Positions 1 to 9,339 of a stretch of 64,000 bases of DNA are shown here, one piece after another. A model generated the notes under the pieces. That model saw only the letters and a list, made by a program, of their open reading frames with translations. It was not told the DNA's origin and ran no database searches. Source of the stretch: Candidatus Lustribacter sp. (lineage in GTDB: Bacteria; Vulcanimicrobiota; Vulcanimicrobiia; Vulcanimicrobiales; Vulcanimicrobiaceae); contig OZ255842.1 in the NCBI GenBank assembly GCA_965277805.1, forward strand, positions 3,264,001-3,328,000, written 5' to 3'. Made by a program: the position numbers and the translations under genes. Position 1 is the first letter of the stretch; every line of letters begins with the position of its first letter.

Positions 1-2
1 CA

Positions 3-464
3 GTCGTTTTGGGCTACGGTGATACGCAGCTAGCTACTTTATTACTACACGAGCTTTCGCACACCGGGCACGTCGGTGGTAGCGTTGCCGGAGAGGGTGC
101 ATATCAGGAGGGCCAGTCATACGGGCTCGAGTACTTTTACGCCGAAATTGCCGGCGATACGAACCGAACAGAAAAAATTCGGGGCATCGTGAGCGCTGGG
201 GACGTGCTCGGTTATTCGAAGGCGGCAAGTCTGCCGAGGTTTCAAGAAGATTTCAAGGTCACGTACGCGCTTATGACAGCGCTAAGGGAAGTTGTTACTA
301 ACGGATCCTCGTCGCATCTCCCATTCCCTGACCTTACCTCGGCGCGTGCGCAACTACTGGAAGAACAGGTCGTGACAAGCTTCCAGTCGCCGGGCACTGA
401 ACTGGCCAAATATATTGCTTATGTGAGGTCCAATCTCGCCTCATTCAAGATTCCACCATTATAG
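3..464 (+). CDS. C-terminal part of a HExxH zinc-metallopeptidase-like protein (5' truncated by the window edge)
   Basis: Frame is open from position 3 to the stop at 462-464. Contains LLLHELSH followed by EGQSYGLE (possible third Zn ligand). Codon usage is visibly more AT-rich than the rest of the window. Confidence 0.55.
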   Translation, partial: VVLGYGDTQLATLLLHELSHTGHVGGSVAGEGAYQEGQSYGLEYFYAEIAGDTNRTEKIRGIVSAGDVLGYSKAASLPRFQEDFKVTYALMTALREVVTNGSSSHLPFPDLTSARAQLLEEQVVTSFQSPGTELAKYIAYVRSNLASFKIPPL

Positions 465-602
465 CTGCTCCCGCAGCGGCATATTCTGATATCGCTTTCA
501 CCGCTGAATCATCGCCTCGCACTGAACGGCGGCGATTGTTTAAACAACCTATTGATCGCAAGAATATGGAGTGACCCAGAAAAAGTTGGCTTACTGTCGT
601 CG

Positions 603-1511
603 CTATCGCAGTTTTTCCGCTGCGGCCCAGCCCGCGTACGTGGCAGGCATCGCATCGAGCACGCTCAGCCTGCGCGGTGCCCAGCCCAGCACTCGGCGCG
701 CCTTCTCGGGCGAGCTGACCTCGTTGCGATCGAACCATGTGCTCGCGCTGTCGCCCTTCATCGGTCCTTCGAAACGGATCTCGCCGGTATAGCCCGCTGC
801 CGCGAGCGACGCGCGCATCACGTCCAAGCAGCGGTAGCGCGTCCCGTCGGTGATGCAGAACACCTCGCCGTCGATCGAACGGTCCGCCTCGACGGCGCGC
901 AAGTACGCTTCCGAGAGATCGTCGACGTGCAGCCACGACCACGCTTTCTCTTGGTTGCCGCGATACGCGACATCGCCGGATTTGGCCATCTCGAACCAAT
1001 CCGCCACCTGACTGTTGAAGCCGCCGTTCCCGTACGTGAAGCACGGCCGCAGCACCACGGTGCCGACGTTCGCAATCCCGAGCGCTTCGATCTCGAGCGC
1101 ACGCCGGAAACCCAACGGATAGGCCGGGTTGGGCTCGATGGTCTCATCCAAAACACGGCCGCCGACATCGCCCATGATCGAGCAGCCGGTGGTGTAGATC
1201 AGACGGCGGCACGTTCCGGATTGTTCGGGCAACGACGCGAGCGTAGCGAACAGCGTGCGATCGGTTTCCTTCATCGCTTTTTTATCGAACGTCGTGTAGA
1301 CCATCACGTGGCTTTGCTCGAGCACGTCGCGATAGGTATCCGGTTGACTCACGTCGCCGCGAAGAATCGCGATCTCGTGCATGCGCAGGATGTCGAGCCG
1401 CGGCGACTCGAGATTGCGGGCGAGTCCAGTGACCTGATGGCCGGCCGAAGCCAGCCGGATGGCGGCATAAAACCCGGCGTATCCGGTCACGCCGGTGATG
1501 AGTATACGCAT
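603..1511 (-). CDS. NAD-dependent epimerase/dehydratase (extended SDR)
   Basis: N-terminal ILITGVTGYAG Rossmann motif, VLRPCFTYG and WSWLHVDDL motifs; GGAGG RBS upstream. Confidence 0.85.
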   Translation of the reverse strand: MRILITGVTGYAGFYAAIRLASAGHQVTGLARNLESPRLDILRMHEIAILRGDVSQPDTYRDVLEQSHVMVYTTFDKKAMKETDRTLFATLASLPEQSGTCRRLIYTTGCSIMGDVGGRVLDETIEPNPAYPLGFRRALEIEALGIANVGTVVLRPCFTYGNGGFNSQVADWFEMAKSGDVAYRGNQEKAWSWLHVDDLSEAYLRAVEADRSIDGEVFCITDGTRYRCLDVMRASLAAAGYTGEIRFEGPMKGDSASTWFDRNEVSSPEKARRVLGWAPRRLSVLDAMPATYAGWAAAEKLR

Positions 1512-1552
1512 GTCGCCCGCCTCCTACGCGGTATCGCTGACGCGTGAAATGT

Positions 1553-2707
1553 CTAGACGACCGCGCGCAGCGTCGCGGTATCGTACGGCTTCAACGGCTC
1601 GCCGCGCTGGACTTTCCGCACCCACGCGGCGTCGTTGAGAATCGCGCGCGCCGACGCGATCAGATCGAATTCACCGCGCTCGAAGCGCCGCATGACCTTG
1701 TCCATGTTGTCGGTCGACTGCGGCGGACCGGACGCGCCCGGGCTGAAAAACGAACGCCCGATGCCTATTCCGCCACCTGTGATCGTCACGCGGCCGGTGA
1801 TCTTCTTCGCCCAGCCGGCGAGGTTGAGATCGGAACCGGGGAACGCGGGATTGTCGAACATGCCTTCGGCCGCATCGAACACGTCGACGCCGGCTTCCGC
1901 CAGCGGCTCGAGCACGTCGGCGAACTCCGCCGGCGTATCGGCGTTGGTAGCGTCGCGGTCTTGGTGCTTCCACTGCGTGAAGCGATAGAAGATCGGCAGC
2001 GCATCGCCTACAGCGCGGCGGATCGCGCGCACGACTTCCGCGCCGAAGCGCGTACGTTCGCGGCGGTTGCCACCCCAGCGGTCGGTGCGGAGATTCGTCT
2101 CGCCCCACAAAAACGAATCGGGCAGGTAGCCATTCGCGCCGTGAATTGCAATGCCGTCAAAACCGAGCTCCGCGGCGTTATGTGCGCTGCGTCCGTAACC
2201 ATCGATGATTTCGAGAATCTCAGCATCCGTCAACGCGCGGCCGGGCTTGGCAAGATGCTCGATGTGTTCGGGACTGAGCAGCGTGCGCCGGCCGAGCGGT
2301 CCCCAAATCCCCGACGGCATCGCCGTTTCCGCTTCGGGATGATAGCCCGTGCCGGATTCGCGCCTCACGCCCATGTGCCACAACTGCGGCACGACCTTGC
2401 CGCCGCCCGCGTGCGCGAGTTCGACCACGCGCCGCCAGCCCGCGAGCGCGGCATCGCCGTGCAGCACCGGAATCGCGCAACCGCGTCCTTCACCCGCGCC
2501 GACGGATGCCGGATGATCGACGCCGTCCCCGCCGACAACCACGAGGCCGATGCCGCCGTCGACGCGCCGGCGAAAATACTGCGCCAGCCCTTCGTCAGGC
2601 ACGCCGTTCGGCGAACTGTTGCGATTCGCCGGCGACATCGCGAAGCGATTCGCAACCTTTAAGCTGCGAATCTGCAACGGTTCGAAGAGCGCGGCGACGT
2701 CGGTCAT
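1553..2707 (-). CDS. NADH:flavin oxidoreductase (old yellow enzyme family)
   Basis: NRFAMSP, QLWHMG, GFDGIAIHGANGYL, NLRTDRWGG..RTRF motifs. Confidence 0.9.
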   Translation of the reverse strand: MTDVAALFEPLQIRSLKVANRFAMSPANRNSSPNGVPDEGLAQYFRRRVDGGIGLVVVGGDGVDHPASVGAGEGRGCAIPVLHGDAALAGWRRVVELAHAGGGKVVPQLWHMGVRRESGTGYHPEAETAMPSGIWGPLGRRTLLSPEHIEHLAKPGRALTDAEILEIIDGYGRSAHNAAELGFDGIAIHGANGYLPDSFLWGETNLRTDRWGGNRRERTRFGAEVVRAIRRAVGDALPIFYRFTQWKHQDRDATNADTPAEFADVLEPLAEAGVDVFDAAEGMFDNPAFPGSDLNLAGWAKKITGRVTITGGGIGIGRSFFSPGASGPPQSTDNMDKVMRRFERGEFDLIASARAILNDAAWVRKVQRGEPLKPYDTATLRAVV

Positions 2708-2756
2708 GCGGATTCCCCTCAGTTGGGAAATCCGTTTAGCTCTCTAACTACTTAAA

Positions 2757-3269
2757 TCATGCACCCGCGCGTACGGGCAATTTCCAGTTCGGACGCACGA
2801 AGTGGCACGTATAGCCATTGGGATAGTGCTCCAAGTAATCTTGGTGCTCGGGCTCCGCTTCCCAGAATTCGCCGGCCGGCGCGACTTCGGTCACGACCTT
2901 GCCGGGCCAAATTCCCGATGCGTCGACATCTTTGATCGTGTCTTCCGCGATGCGCTTCTGCTCGTCGCTCGTGTAGTAAATCGCCGAGCGATAGCTCGTG
3001 CCGCGATCGTTGCCTTGACGGTTGAGCGTCGACGGGTCGTGGATTTGAAAAAAGAACTCGAGGATCGCCCGGTAGCTGGTCTTGCTCGGGTCGAAAATGA
3101 TCTCGACCGCCTCGGCGTGCGTACCGTGGTTTCGGTACGTTGCGTTTTTCACGTCGCCGCCCGAGTAGCCGACGCGCGACGAAATCACGCCGGGTTGTTT
3201 ACGGATCAAATCTTGGACGCCCCAGAAACAGCCCCCGGCCAGGATCGCGCGTTCGGTCGATGCACTCAT
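2757..3269 (-). CDS. msrA: Peptide-methionine (S)-S-oxide reductase MsrA
   Basis: AGGCFWG active site, GHAEAV-like [33 protein letters not shown]. Confidence 0.97.
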   Translation of the reverse strand: MSASTERAILAGGCFWGVQDLIRKQPGVISSRVGYSGGDVKNATYRNHGTHAEAVEIIFDPSKTSYRAILEFFFQIHDPSTLNRQGNDRGTSYRSAIYYTSDEQKRIAEDTIKDVDASGIWPGKVVTEVAPAGEFWEAEPEHQDYLEHYPNGYTCHFVRPNWKLPVRAGA

Positions 3270-3375
3270 CTCTTCTCTCCTTATCAGAGTCCAGTCACTA
3301 GAACCGCAACGGTAGGCGCCTTGGTGGCACCGTCGCGAAGGGCGTTTGCCTTACCCATTCTTCGGGGGGATGGCC

Positions 3376-4581
3376 ATGACGCAGACTCGGCACGACTTTT
3401 TGGCGACCGGAGCGGTTGCCGCAACCCTGACCAGCAGCGCCGCCCTATTGGGCTCGCCCGTGCTCGCAGCAGCCGGCGACGCCGACGCATCGCACCCGGC
3501 GCCGCCGCTCCAGAACTTCGGATCCTACGCCGCACCGACCGACGTCAAGCCGGTCAACATCATCAATTTGCGCGAGTTGGAAGCGGCGGCCCAAAAGGTC
3601 ATCCCGCCCGGCGGCTTCGGCTACATCGAAGGCGCGGCCGGCGATGAGTGGACGAAACACGAGAACGAAGCGGCCTACAAGCGCGTCACGATCGTGCCGC
3701 ACTATCTCAGCGGCCTCGCTTCCGCCGACACGTCGACGACGCTGCTCGGCAACAAGCTCTCGATGCCGATCATCGTGACCGTGATGGGCGGCCATGGTTT
3801 GGCGCACGCATCGGCAGAAGCCGGCACCGCGCGCGGAGCAGCTGCAGCGGGCACGCTGATGATCGCGCCGTCGCAGTCGAACGTCACGCTCGAAGATACG
3901 ATGAAGGCCGGCGACAATCCGAAATTCTTCCAACTCTACATTCCGCCCGACCGCGGCGTGACGCGCGACGTCATCCTGCGCGCGAAAGCGGCCGGATACA
4001 AGGCGATCACGGTCACGATCGATGCCTTCGTCTCCTCGAACCGCGAGACGGACATCCGCAACAACTTCCACTCGAGCCTACCGAATGCCAACTTCCCGAA
4101 CGTGGTGAGCCGCGGTTACGGAACCACGCCTTTCAAAGAAAACCTCGGTTGGGACGACATCGCCTTCATCCGCGACACCACCGGCCTGCCGGTGTTTATC
4201 AAAGGCGTGCTCTCACCGGCGCTCGCCACCGAAGCGATCAAACACGGCGTAGCCGGTATCCAAGTCTCCAATCACGGCGGCCGTCAACTCGACGATACGC
4301 CCGCATCGTTCACCGTGCTGCCGCGCATCGCGGAAGCCGTCGGCGGACGCATCCCGATCATCGTCGACGGCGGCATCCGCCGCGGCCAAGACGTCTTCAA
4401 AGCCCTCGCGATGGGCGCGAACGTCTGCGCAATCGGACGCCCCATTCTCTACGGTCTCGCCCTCGGCGGCTGGATGGGCGTACAAGGCGTTCTCCAACAC
4501 CTCAACGGCGAACTCGAAATGACGATGCGCCTCGCCGGCGCCAAAAACATCGCCGGCATCTCCCGCGCCTATCTGAGCTAA
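3376..4581 (+). CDS. FMN-dependent alpha-hydroxy-acid oxidase (lactate/glycolate oxidase family) with Tat-like N-terminal leader
   Basis: FFQLY, ITVTIDA, FIKGV, SNHGGRQLD and DGGIRRGQDVFKALAMGA motifs. Leader MTQTRHDFLATGAVAATLTSSAALLGSPVLA. Start chosen after GGGGGA (alternative ATG at 3370). Confidence 0.9.
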   Translation: MTQTRHDFLATGAVAATLTSSAALLGSPVLAAAGDADASHPAPPLQNFGSYAAPTDVKPVNIINLRELEAAAQKVIPPGGFGYIEGAAGDEWTKHENEAAYKRVTIVPHYLSGLASADTSTTLLGNKLSMPIIVTVMGGHGLAHASAEAGTARGAAAAGTLMIAPSQSNVTLEDTMKAGDNPKFFQLYIPPDRGVTRDVILRAKAAGYKAITVTIDAFVSSNRETDIRNNFHSSLPNANFPNVVSRGYGTTPFKENLGWDDIAFIRDTTGLPVFIKGVLSPALATEAIKHGVAGIQVSNHGGRQLDDTPASFTVLPRIAEAVGGRIPIIVDGGIRRGQDVFKALAMGANVCAIGRPILYGLALGGWMGVQGVLQHLNGELEMTMRLAGAKNIAGISRAYLS

Positions 4582-4708
4582 CCCTGCGCATGAAGGGCGT
4601 GCGTGTAGAATTTTCGTGTAGCACCGTTTTTTTTGGTGATGCTGTGCGCGGCCGATGGGCGTAGGGCCGAGCGTGTCTCTCCTGCTTCCTATACCATTTA
4701 CAGCGTTG

Positions 4709-5701
4709 TTAGATCTTGAATTCGCCGTGGGTTGATTTGGCGAAGAGGTCTTCGGGGGTGAAGAGGCGCGAGGTGAGGCCTTGGGTGTGGGACCAGCGCG
4801 CAGCGGCTTCGAGGGCGGCGCGGTTGCGTGCGATGCCGTAGGGCCAGTGGTCGGGGCCGAACATCGCGCGCGCTTCTTCCACGGCCTCGACCAGCCACGG
4901 CACGCTCGCCTTGAGCGCGCCGCCCGTGCCGTAGATGTCGCGTAACGCGGCGTCTTTCGACTGCGCGAACGCTTTCACGACGCTGACCGGCAGCCACGGA
5001 TATTGCTCGATGAGCGCGCGCCGAATGCCGAGCGTGTGCATGATCGGGAACACGCCGGTCTTCTGGAAGTACGCCTTCTCCAGTTGCTGATGATCGGGGA
5101 ACAGCCGCGCTACCGGTGCCGTGCGGTATTCGAAGCACGACGGCGATGACGCGCTGATCATGCCGTCGAGTTCGCCTTCGGCCAGCATCAGGCTCAGCGA
5201 CTTCTTCGTGGCCGACTCGACGACGACGCCCGGCGGCAGCTGCAGCGGAAATTTCTCGTGGCGCCCCGGCTCTTCGAGCCCGCCGTTGACCCACGTGATC
5301 TGATCGGGCGTGATGCCGTACTCGTCTTGCAGAATGCCGCGCGCGGTGATGCCGGCCGTCTGCGTGTACTCCGGCACGCCGACGCGTTTGCCGATCAGCT
5401 CCTTCGGTTCACGTATGCCGCGGTCGGTCCGCACGAAGATCGCCGAATGGCGGAACATCCGGGAGAGGAACACCGGCACCGCCTGATATTCCCACGGCCC
5501 TTTGTCGATCGCCATCATGTATGCCGAAAGCGACATCTCGGTGATGTCGAACTCGTGGTGGTGAAAGACGCGGTAAAACAGCTCTTCGATGCGCAGCGGA
5601 ATGACGTTCAGATCGACGCCTTCGATGCGCACGTCGCCGGTCTGCAGCGCTAAGGTGCGGTCGTAGTTCCAGCCGCCGTACGTGAGTGGAAGCAGGCTCA
5701 C
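4709..5701 (-). CDS. 4,5-dihydroxyphthalate decarboxylase (OphC/Pht5)-like PBP2-fold protein
   Basis: YDRTLAL..G.VRIEG, EFDITEMSLS, PVFLSRMFRHS, GVPEYTQTA, TGVFPIMH and WPYGI motifs; no signal peptide. Confidence 0.8.
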   Translation of the reverse strand: MSLLPLTYGGWNYDRTLALQTGDVRIEGVDLNVIPLRIEELFYRVFHHHEFDITEMSLSAYMMAIDKGPWEYQAVPVFLSRMFRHSAIFVRTDRGIREPKELIGKRVGVPEYTQTAGITARGILQDEYGITPDQITWVNGGLEEPGRHEKFPLQLPPGVVVESATKKSLSLMLAEGELDGMISASSPSCFEYRTAPVARLFPDHQQLEKAYFQKTGVFPIMHTLGIRRALIEQYPWLPVSVVKAFAQSKDAALRDIYGTGGALKASVPWLVEAVEEARAMFGPDHWPYGIARNRAALEAAARWSHTQGLTSRLFTPEDLFAKSTHGEFKI

Positions 5702-5707
5702 CGTCGC

Positions 5708-6679
5708 TTAGACCGTGACCGAGATCTCGGGTGCGTGCACAGCGCGCTCGGTGAGCGCGTATTTCGCGCCGATGTTCAGCACCGGTTCGATCAGTTGCGG
5801 GTCGAAGGAGGTGGCGAACGTATTGCGCGCCATCGAATTTGCGGTTTCGATCGGAATCTTCGTAAAGCGGCTTTCGATGACCGCCGTTTCGGGTCGATGG
5901 ACGTTCACCCAGCGCGCGGTGTCGTAGAGCGCGGCCGCAAGCCGGTGCGCAAGCGGAGTATTTGCCGCCAGCCACGAGCGTGATGCAGCGTAGACGTTGA
6001 CATAAAACGGTTTGCCCATCGCTTCGAACGGGATGCCCAGCGGCCGTTGTTCGGACCGCGCGGCCGTGAGGAACGGCTCGCCCTGCAGCGCGGCCGCAAT
6101 CGTGCCGCGCTGCAGCGCGGTGTTCATGTCGGGAAACGGCAGCTCGAAAAACTTGATCTTCGAAAGATCGGCGCCGTTGATGCGAAGCCATTCCGTCGCC
6201 ATGCTGGAACTGAGCGATTTCAGGCCGACCACGCCGACGGTTTGACCCTCGAGATCCTTGGCGCTGTGGATCGCGCTCGTTTTCTCCGTCACCATGACGA
6301 GCGTCGGGCTTTGCTTCGCGAAGGCGCAGCCCCCGGCGAAGATCGCCAGCGGAAGCCCGTGAATGTAGGCGTTGGCAACCTGAATGCAGTCGCAAATCGC
6401 GACCTCGACCGCGCCGGTGATGGCAGCCTGTGCCGCGCCCGCGGCACCGCCGAACGGAATCAACTCAACATTCAAGCCGGCCTTCGTGTAGTAGCCCTGC
6501 TCTTGCGCGTACACCGGACCGAGCCCCGAGTCGTTGAGCGTGATGCCGATGCGAATGGGAGCCGACGTCGTCTGTGCGCGCAGCTCTGCATGGTGCGCCG
6601 AAAGCAACGTTGCGGCACCACCGCCGAACAGGAGCGCAGATGCGCGCGACCGGGTCATCATGGTCGCGCACTTACGCAT
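5708..6679 (-). CDS. ABC transporter substrate-binding protein, SsuA/THI5-like
   Basis: Leader plus GYYTKAGLNVEL and DLEGQTVGV motifs; true start may be ATG 6661 or 6658. Confidence 0.85.
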   Translation of the reverse strand: MRKCATMMTRSRASALLFGGGAATLLSAHHAELRAQTTSAPIRIGITLNDSGLGPVYAQEQGYYTKAGLNVELIPFGGAAGAAQAAITGAVEVAICDCIQVANAYIHGLPLAIFAGGCAFAKQSPTLVMVTEKTSAIHSAKDLEGQTVGVVGLKSLSSSMATEWLRINGADLSKIKFFELPFPDMNTALQRGTIAAALQGEPFLTAARSEQRPLGIPFEAMGKPFYVNVYAASRSWLAANTPLAHRLAAALYDTARWVNVHRPETAVIESRFTKIPIETANSMARNTFATSFDPQLIEPVLNIGAKYALTERAVHAPEISVTV

Positions 6680-6697
6680 GCGCTCGGTGAGCTCCCC

Positions 6698-7660
6698 TCA
6701 GCGCACGGCGGCGTCGCTCACGATCTCGGCGGCCGGAAACGAACGGTCGATGAGGTGGTATTTCGCCGCCGCTTCGATGACCGGTTGGATATCGTTCAGG
6801 TCGATCGTCGTGCCGACCCACGTGCGCTGCATGTGCGCGATGAACGCCGGGTCTTGCTTCGTGATCTGCGCGACGTCGCCGACCGTCGCGTCATTGTGGA
6901 CGCGCGTGAACGCAGCGGCATCGGCGATCACCCGCGAAAAGCGCGCGGCAACCGCGTGGTTCTGCGCGAGATAGCTCCCCGTCACGAACCACACGCCGAG
7001 CAAGAAGCGCTTTGCGATCGCCGAGTTGACCCTCGTTACCGTACGCACGGAACCGGTAGCGAGCGCTTGCGCGTACGCCGGGTTGTCGACCACCGCCGCA
7101 TCGATGCGGCCTTGCTGCAGCGCCGCGCCCGCGGCCTGCCACGGCAACTCGAGAAAACGCAAGGTGCTCGAGTCGCCGCCGTTCTGATCCATCCACGCAT
7201 CCATGGCGACCGTCGCGAGCGAACGCAGCGAAGCGGCCGAAATGACCTTGCCGTTGAAATCACGCGCCGTCTTCAGCGGCGAATCGCGCGCCACGAGCAG
7301 GCCGCCGACGTCGGCATCGATCCACAGCCCGCCCGGTGCGATGATGCTGACCGGAATGCCGCGCCGGTGCGCTTGCATCAGCGCAACGAGCGTCGTGAGA
7401 CCGATGTCGAGCGCGCCGCCGACGACGGCTTGCGAAACCGCATCACCGCCGCCGAGGCTCTGATAGTCGATCTTCAATCCGGCTCGCTCGAACGCGCCCG
7501 TGCGCATCGCGTACAAGAGTGGCGCGATCGAATCGGTCGGCACCGTGCCGACGCGAATCATCGTCAGCGGCGGAGTTTGCGCGATCGCCGCGCGCGGCAG
7601 CTGCGCCATAAGCGCGGCCGCTCCCAGTGCGGCTAGCGTCGCACGGCGCGAAAGCGTCAC
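6698..7660 (-). CDS. ABC transporter substrate-binding protein, SsuA/THI5-like
   Basis: GTG start overlaps the hydantoinase B stop (GTGA). SRRATL Tat-like leader; GAFERAGLKI and DFNGKVIS motifs. Confidence 0.85.
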   Translation of the reverse strand: MTLSRRATLAALGAAALMAQLPRAAIAQTPPLTMIRVGTVPTDSIAPLLYAMRTGAFERAGLKIDYQSLGGGDAVSQAVVGGALDIGLTTLVALMQAHRRGIPVSIIAPGGLWIDADVGGLLVARDSPLKTARDFNGKVISAASLRSLATVAMDAWMDQNGGDSSTLRFLELPWQAAGAALQQGRIDAAVVDNPAYAQALATGSVRTVTRVNSAIAKRFLLGVWFVTGSYLAQNHAVAARFSRVIADAAAFTRVHNDATVGDVAQITKQDPAFIAHMQRTWVGTTIDLNDIQPVIEAAAKYHLIDRSFPAAEIVSDAAVR

Positions 7661-9339
7661 TCGGGAAAGCCGTAGTCGCGCTTTGCGGCTTCGGGCGTGA
7701 CGTAGCCGCAAGCGACGTCGCGTCGCACCGCTTCGCGCGGACGCTTCGCGGGGTCGCCGAAACCGCCGCCGCCGCCGCTGCGCGTGATCATCGTATCGTT
7801 AGGCTCGAGGCGAACGGAGTGGAACTTTCCGTGCCGCGCCGGATTCTCGAGCGTGCCGTCGGCGCGTTCCACCTGCATTTGGTTCGGCAGCGCGGCGAGA
7901 CCGCCGAGCAAACCCCACGGCGCGCACAGCGTGCGTTCGGCGTTGGTGTTGACCGTGAGCGGTGCGGTGACGCGCACGCGGCGTTCGATCCCAAGCCCGC
8001 CGCGAAACTCGCCGGCGCCGCCCGAGTCGGGGCGGAGCGCGTAGTTTTCGATCAGCACCGGGATCTTCGATTCGGTCGCTTCAACCGGCGAGTTGTGCGT
8101 ATCGCCGTCGTTCTGGCATACGGTGCCGCTCATGCCGTCGGAGTTGTACTTCGCGCCAAAGCCGCCGCCCAGCACGCCGGCGCCCCGCGTGAAAAACCGC
8201 CCCGTCTTAGGGTTCAGACCGTAGAAGGTCGCCGAACACAGATCGGCATGGTGCGCCGCGATCGTGCGGTCCGGCACGCACTGCGCCATCGCTTTGAAGA
8301 CGGTGTCGACAACCGTCATGGGAATCGTCATCCACATGCGCATCGCCGACGGCTTCACCGCGCTGATCACGCGCCCCGGCGGCAACACGATCTCGAGCGG
8401 CGAAAACGAGCCGTCGTTGATCGGGTAGAGCGTCGGCGTCGTGAGGCACTTGAAGGCGACTTGCGCCGCGCTGCGGCCGGCCGTGTCGCCGCTATTGAAG
8501 TAACCCGGCACCTGCGCGCCGACGTCGGTGAGATCGATCGTCATCTGCTCGCCTGAGATCGTTACGCGCACCTTGATCGGAATCGTCTTATCGCCGACGC
8601 CGTCGTCGTCCATGAACGATTCGGCTTCGTACACGCCGTCGGGCATCGACGCCACCGCCAGGCGCGCCTTGCGTTCGCTCATCGCGTAGATGTCGGTCAC
8701 GCACGTATCGACGGCCTCGATCCCGTACTTGCGCACCAGCGCCGTGTAGCGCCGTTCGCCCGTGCGGATCGAGGCGACTTGCGCGCGGAAGTCGCCCATT
8801 GCGAGTTCCGGAATGCGCACGTTCGTGCGAATGATGCGCGTGAGCTCGTCGTCTTGCACGCCGCGCTTGAAAATCTTGACGATCGGCAGTTGCAGGCCTT
8901 CGGAGAAGATGTCTTGCGTGCGGCCGAGCGCGCCGCCGATATCCATCCAATGGCCCATCGAGGCAGCGAACGCCACGATCTTGCCGTCGTGAAAGATCGG
9001 CAGCGTGAAGATCAGATGGTTGAGGTGACTGCCCATGATATAGGCGTCGTTCGTAAGCAGGATGTCGCCCGGTTCGATGCCCTCGAGGCCGTAGAACGCG
9101 ATCTTCGCCTTGATCGCATCGGAGAGCCCGCGAATGAACATCGGCAAGCCGAGGCCGATCGACATCGTATCGCCGTTGCGGTCGAAGAGACCGACCGTGA
9201 AGTCGAGCGCTTCGTAGATGATCGGATTGTAGGCCGTCCGCATCAAGTTGGTCTTCATCTCATCGGTGATCGCGATGAGGGCGTTGCGGATGATTTCGGC
9301 GGTCACCGGATTTCCGGCGTGCTTGATGGTTGCGGTCAT
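7657..9339 (-). CDS. Hydantoinase B/oxoprolinase family subunit
   Basis: RTAYNPIIYEALDF, TNDAY..GSHLN, GHWMDIGG, EGLQLP, DSGGAGEFRGGLG and GGGGGFGDP motifs. Confidence 0.92.
   Translation of the reverse strand: MTATIKHAGNPVTAEIIRNALIAITDEMKTNLMRTAYNPIIYEALDFTVGLFDRNGDTMSIGLGLPMFIRGLSDAIKAKIAFYGLEGIEPGDILLTNDAYIMGSHLNHLIFTLPIFHDGKIVAFAASMGHWMDIGGALGRTQDIFSEGLQLPIVKIFKRGVQDDELTRIIRTNVRIPELAMGDFRAQVASIRTGERRYTALVRKYGIEAVDTCVTDIYAMSERKARLAVASMPDGVYEAESFMDDDGVGDKTIPIKVRVTISGEQMTIDLTDVGAQVPGYFNSGDTAGRSAAQVAFKCLTTPTLYPINDGSFSPLEIVLPPGRVISAVKPSAMRMWMTIPMTVVDTVFKAMAQCVPDRTIAAHHADLCSATFYGLNPKTGRFFTRGAGVLGGGFGAKYNSDGMSGTVCQNDGDTHNSPVEATESKIPVLIENYALRPDSGGAGEFRGGLGIERRVRVTAPLTVNTNAERTLCAPWGLLGGLAALPNQMQVERADGTLENPARHGKFHSVRLEPNDTMITRSGGGGGFGDPAKRPREAVRRDVACGYVTPEAAKRDYGFPE

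Noticed and set aside
4582-4708. Possible intrinsic terminator (CACC-GTTTTTTTT-GGTG)
   Set aside because: The stem is short and the T-run forms the loop rather than a tail, so there is not enough support.
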